A DNA stretch of 64,000 nt, from NCBI GenBank assembly GCA_001600815.1, contig BCKZ01000018.1, forward strand, positions 215,974 through 279,973. The letters are read 5' to 3'. Positions 61,138 to 64,000 of this stretch are shown here, in pieces. Within the stretch, counting starts at the first letter, position 1. The number at the start of each line of letters is the position of its first letter. Under the pieces are notes generated by a model. That model was not told the origin of the DNA. It ran no database searches and saw only the letters and a list, made by a program, of their open reading frames with translations. Position numbers and translations under genes: made by a program. Source of the stretch: Alloascoidea hylecoeti (taxonomy: Eukaryota).

Positions 61138-64000
61138 ATGTCCAATTTTTCTTATGTTTTTATACTTGTTTTACTATTATTGGACTATGCTTCCTCGAAA
61201 CCAACCTTATCCTACTCATTAACTGAGCAAATTTTACCTGTCGCAAGAGTTGGGGTTAATTATTCTTATACAATTCTAGAAAACACATTCAAATCTTCAG
61301 ATGGTGATATATCCTACTCATGTACTGACTTGCCTGATTGGTTATCGTTTAATTCAGAATATCGACTACTTTCAGGTACACCAGACTCCGAAGACACATC
61401 TGTTACAACTATTTCTTTTACTTTGGTTGCCGAGGATAGTTCCGGTATTAATTCAGAAAAATCAAAAATTCTATTGACCACTTATAAGGTCCCGAAACTA
61501 TCAACGGAACATACAATAACATCCCAACTAACAAGTGCAGGAAACACTGATGGAAATAATGGATTGGTGATTAAACCTGGTGATGATTTTGAAATTTTCT
61601 TTTCTGATGAAACATTTGTTGAACAATCAAGTCTTGATATTTCAAATTATACTGTATTAACAAGCATTCACTCTCCATTACCCAACTGGGTTGATTTTGA
61701 TAGTGATACTTTGAAACTACATGGGACGGCCCCAGCTGTGAATTCAAAAATTGCTCCATCTATAAATTATGAATTTGCTTTAATTGCTTCTGAGTTTTCT
61801 GGATACACAAGCGCTGAAGATACTTTCAAACTTATTGTCGGAGCTCATCAAATAAGTACTAATATTACCTCATTGATAGAAATAAATTCAACAACAAATG
61901 AAACATTAACATATGATCTCCCTTTGAATAATGTTTTTTATGATGGAGTTGCTATTCAAGATAGTGATATTTCAAGAATTAACATCACTACAGTTAGTAA
62001 TGATCTATCTAATGATTTATCATGGATATCAATTGATTCTAACAACACAATGTTAGTAAAAGGTCCTTCTTCGGAGCAATCAGTTTCATTTAATGTCACT
62101 ATTACAGACCTTTATGATAATGTTGTATATTTACCTTTTCACATTTCTATTGTTGATCCGGATTCATTATTCACATCTTCTATAAACATACCTACATTAA
62201 ATGTAACAGTTGGTGGTTGGTTGAATTACACACTTCCTTCAGACTTAATTACTGATATCGATTCAGCCAATATATCATATTCTACTAACCCTAGTAGTGA
62301 ATGGGTATCATTTAACAAATCCAATTTTACATTTTATGGCACCGTTCCATCAGATTTTTCATCAACAACCGTTACTCTTACCGCTGAACTGGATGGTAAG
62401 AAAAGTACGAAATCATTCGATATAGTAGGTAAAAGTACCAGTACTACTATCAATATTACAACATCTGAACCCACAACCTCTGTACATTCAGAAAAACGTG
62501 ATCATTCCAATAGAAAAACATTGGTTATATGCCTTGGTGTGATCATTCCAGTTTTTGTTTTGATCCTTCTTGGTCTCATAATTTTCTTCTGTATTAGAAG
62601 AAACAAAAAACATAATAACGACTCAGATATAGAAAAATCAACGGCTGGTTCGCCTACCGCTATACGCATCAAATCAGATACAACATCAAACAATTCAGTC
62701 GAAAAATCAAATAGAAATATATCTTTACCAGCTTCATCGATTGCGAAAGATTCAAATGTAGTCAATAATGCCGGAAATATTTGTAATTCTGGTGGTTCAT
62801 CATCAACATTAAATGTTGACAAATTATTTGGTACACTATCTTCAAATATGTACCCAAATAAATCTAGTAATTATCGTGATGTTTTTGAAGCTAGGAGTAC
62901 TGATGCTTTGATTACATCAACTGGAATACCAAATATTAGTCCGTTACCTAGTCCTGCTGTTCATAATAGGACACCATCCTTAAATAACTCTGATCATGAA
63001 CAAAATGTCGATCAAAATGCTGATCAAAATAGGGATCAAAATGGTAATCAGAATTTAAATGATGTCCAAACTTCTTATTCAAATCAAAATAACACAGTTA
63101 TTCCGAAAACTTCTTGGAGAAGAGTTACACCAGAATCAAGAAGTATTATAAATGATCGGCTATGGTCAAACCAGATCCGTGGATCAAATGCATCATTAGC
63201 AACTGTTTCGACAGATGAGTTGTTTAGTGTGAGACTTGTCAGTTCGCATGATTATAATGACACTGGTGTTGGAGAAATAAAAATTTCAACAAGTTCAATA
63301 TCTATACATCGCGATGATTTAAGTGGATTATCAGGAAATGTAAAACAATTGGACAGCTTCGGGAATGTGGTGAGGAAAGATTTATACGTAGGAAAAGATG
63401 ATATTAAAGGGTTTGCCCTAGGCATTATACCGAGTGAAACTAAAGAAGATTTTAGTGTTATCACTACTGGGGAGTCTATATTGCCTTACAAATCAGTTAC
63501 ATCACAGAATTCCACAAATTCCGATCCCAATTATGACCCAAACCTCAATGAAAATTTTGTATGTCTGGGATCTGGAAGAACATCTGCCTCATCCACCAGC
63601 TCCTGGAAAACAGAATCAGTTCAATCATCTAAAGGCCATGCCCTCAGTTCAAGTGATGGAAGTATTGGTGAATATTCTGGTGATGAAATCGAACCAGATG
63701 AGATACATAAATTGGGAAGTTCATCGAATACTCCTAAAAAGAAATCATCAATAAAATTTACAAGGGCCTCTCTAAATTCAAATCTAGAATCCGTCGCTGA
63801 AGAAAACAATATTTCTCCAGAGCAACTTCCAAAGGTACGACTCACCAAGAAATCATCATTTGGTAGAAATATAATTAAAAATGATCATGAGGCCAACGAA
63901 CCAACTATTAGGGAAAGTCCGGAGAATCGGATTTTAAAAGAATCCCGCTCAGATTCAGATGATTTCAACCAATCTGGATCATCAAATAATGATATAGCAG
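61138..64000 (+). CDS. AXL2: Axial budding landmark Axl2/Bud10 (cadherin-like CADG domains), 3'-truncated by the window
   Basis: Absent from the ORF track because there is no stop in the window. MSNFSYVFILVLLLL signal, LPVARVG..YSYTI, LPDWLSFNS..LSGTP, TM LVICLGVIIPVFVLILLGLI (62521), cytoplasmic SLATVSTDELFSVRLV. Confidence 0.92.
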   Translation, partial: MSNFSYVFILVLLLLDYASSKPTLSYSLTEQILPVARVGVNYSYTILENTFKSSDGDISYSCTDLPDWLSFNSEYRLLSGTPDSEDTSVTTISFTLVAEDSSGINSEKSKILLTTYKVPKLSTEHTITSQLTSAGNTDGNNGLVIKPGDDFEIFFSDETFVEQSSLDISNYTVLTSIHSPLPNWVDFDSDTLKLHGTAPAVNSKIAPSINYEFALIASEFSGYTSAEDTFKLIVGAHQISTNITSLIEINSTTNETLTYDLPLNNVFYDGVAIQDSDISRINITTVSNDLSNDLSWISIDSNNTMLVKGPSSEQSVSFNVTITDLYDNVVYLPFHISIVDPDSLFTSSINIPTLNVTVGGWLNYTLPSDLITDIDSANISYSTNPSSEWVSFNKSNFTFYGTVPSDFSSTTVTLTAELDGKKSTKSFDIVGKSTSTTINITTSEPTTSVHSEKRDHSNRKTLVICLGVIIPVFVLILLGLIIFFCIRRNKKHNNDSDIEKSTAGSPTAIRIKSDTTSNNSVEKSNRNISLPASSIAKDSNVVNNAGNICNSGGSSSTLNVDKLFGTLSSNMYPNKSSNYRDVFEARSTDALITSTGIPNISPLPSPAVHNRTPSLNNSDHEQNVDQNADQNRDQNGNQNLNDVQTSYSNQNNTVIPKTSWRRVTPESRSIINDRLWSNQIRGSNASLATVSTDELFSVRLVSSHDYNDTGVGEIKISTSSISIHRDDLSGLSGNVKQLDSFGNVVRKDLYVGKDDIKGFALGIIPSETKEDFSVITTGESILPYKSVTSQNSTNSDPNYDPNLNENFVCLGSGRTSASSTSSWKTESVQSSKGHALSSSDGSIGEYSGDEIEPDEIHKLGSSSNTPKKKSSIKFTRASLNSNLESVAEENNISPEQLPKVRLTKKSSFGRNIIKNDHEANEPTIRESPENRILKESRSDSDDFNQSGSSNNDIA

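Overview
A 64-kb piece of an AT-rich budding-yeast (Saccharomycotina) nuclear chromosome. It appears to use the standard code (CTG at conserved Leu sites), encodes a respiratory complex I subunit, and has short spliceosomal introns. About 20 protein genes are recognisable: HapX/HAP43, DBP4, ANY1, YEA4, CFD1, EPS1, YIA6, a lipase-like protein, NMT1, PWP1, GPP1, an orphan ORF, MRS3/4, a GPI cell-wall protein, DPI8, an RGS protein, REV7, SAL1, complex I 30-kDa subunit, END3, BST1 and AXL2 (runs off the end). There are two intron-containing tRNA-Trp(CCA) genes. The left third (about 3-21 kb) is a transposon graveyard: Tc1/mariner, pogo/Fot1, Ty1/copia and L1-clade LINE relics, a TA-flanked MITE and an unidentified dispersed repeat. 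It is interleaved with YEA4-CFD1-EPS1-YIA6, whose S. cerevisiae orthologs are centromere-linked. The most unusual structure is the 2.6-kb interval between the two tRNA-Trp genes, where LINE-like fragments form two inverted repeats, one of them 102 bp and perfect. It is a candidate hairpin-RNA silencing locus and/or (peri)centromere. All family calls come from motif recognition by eye; no database search was run.
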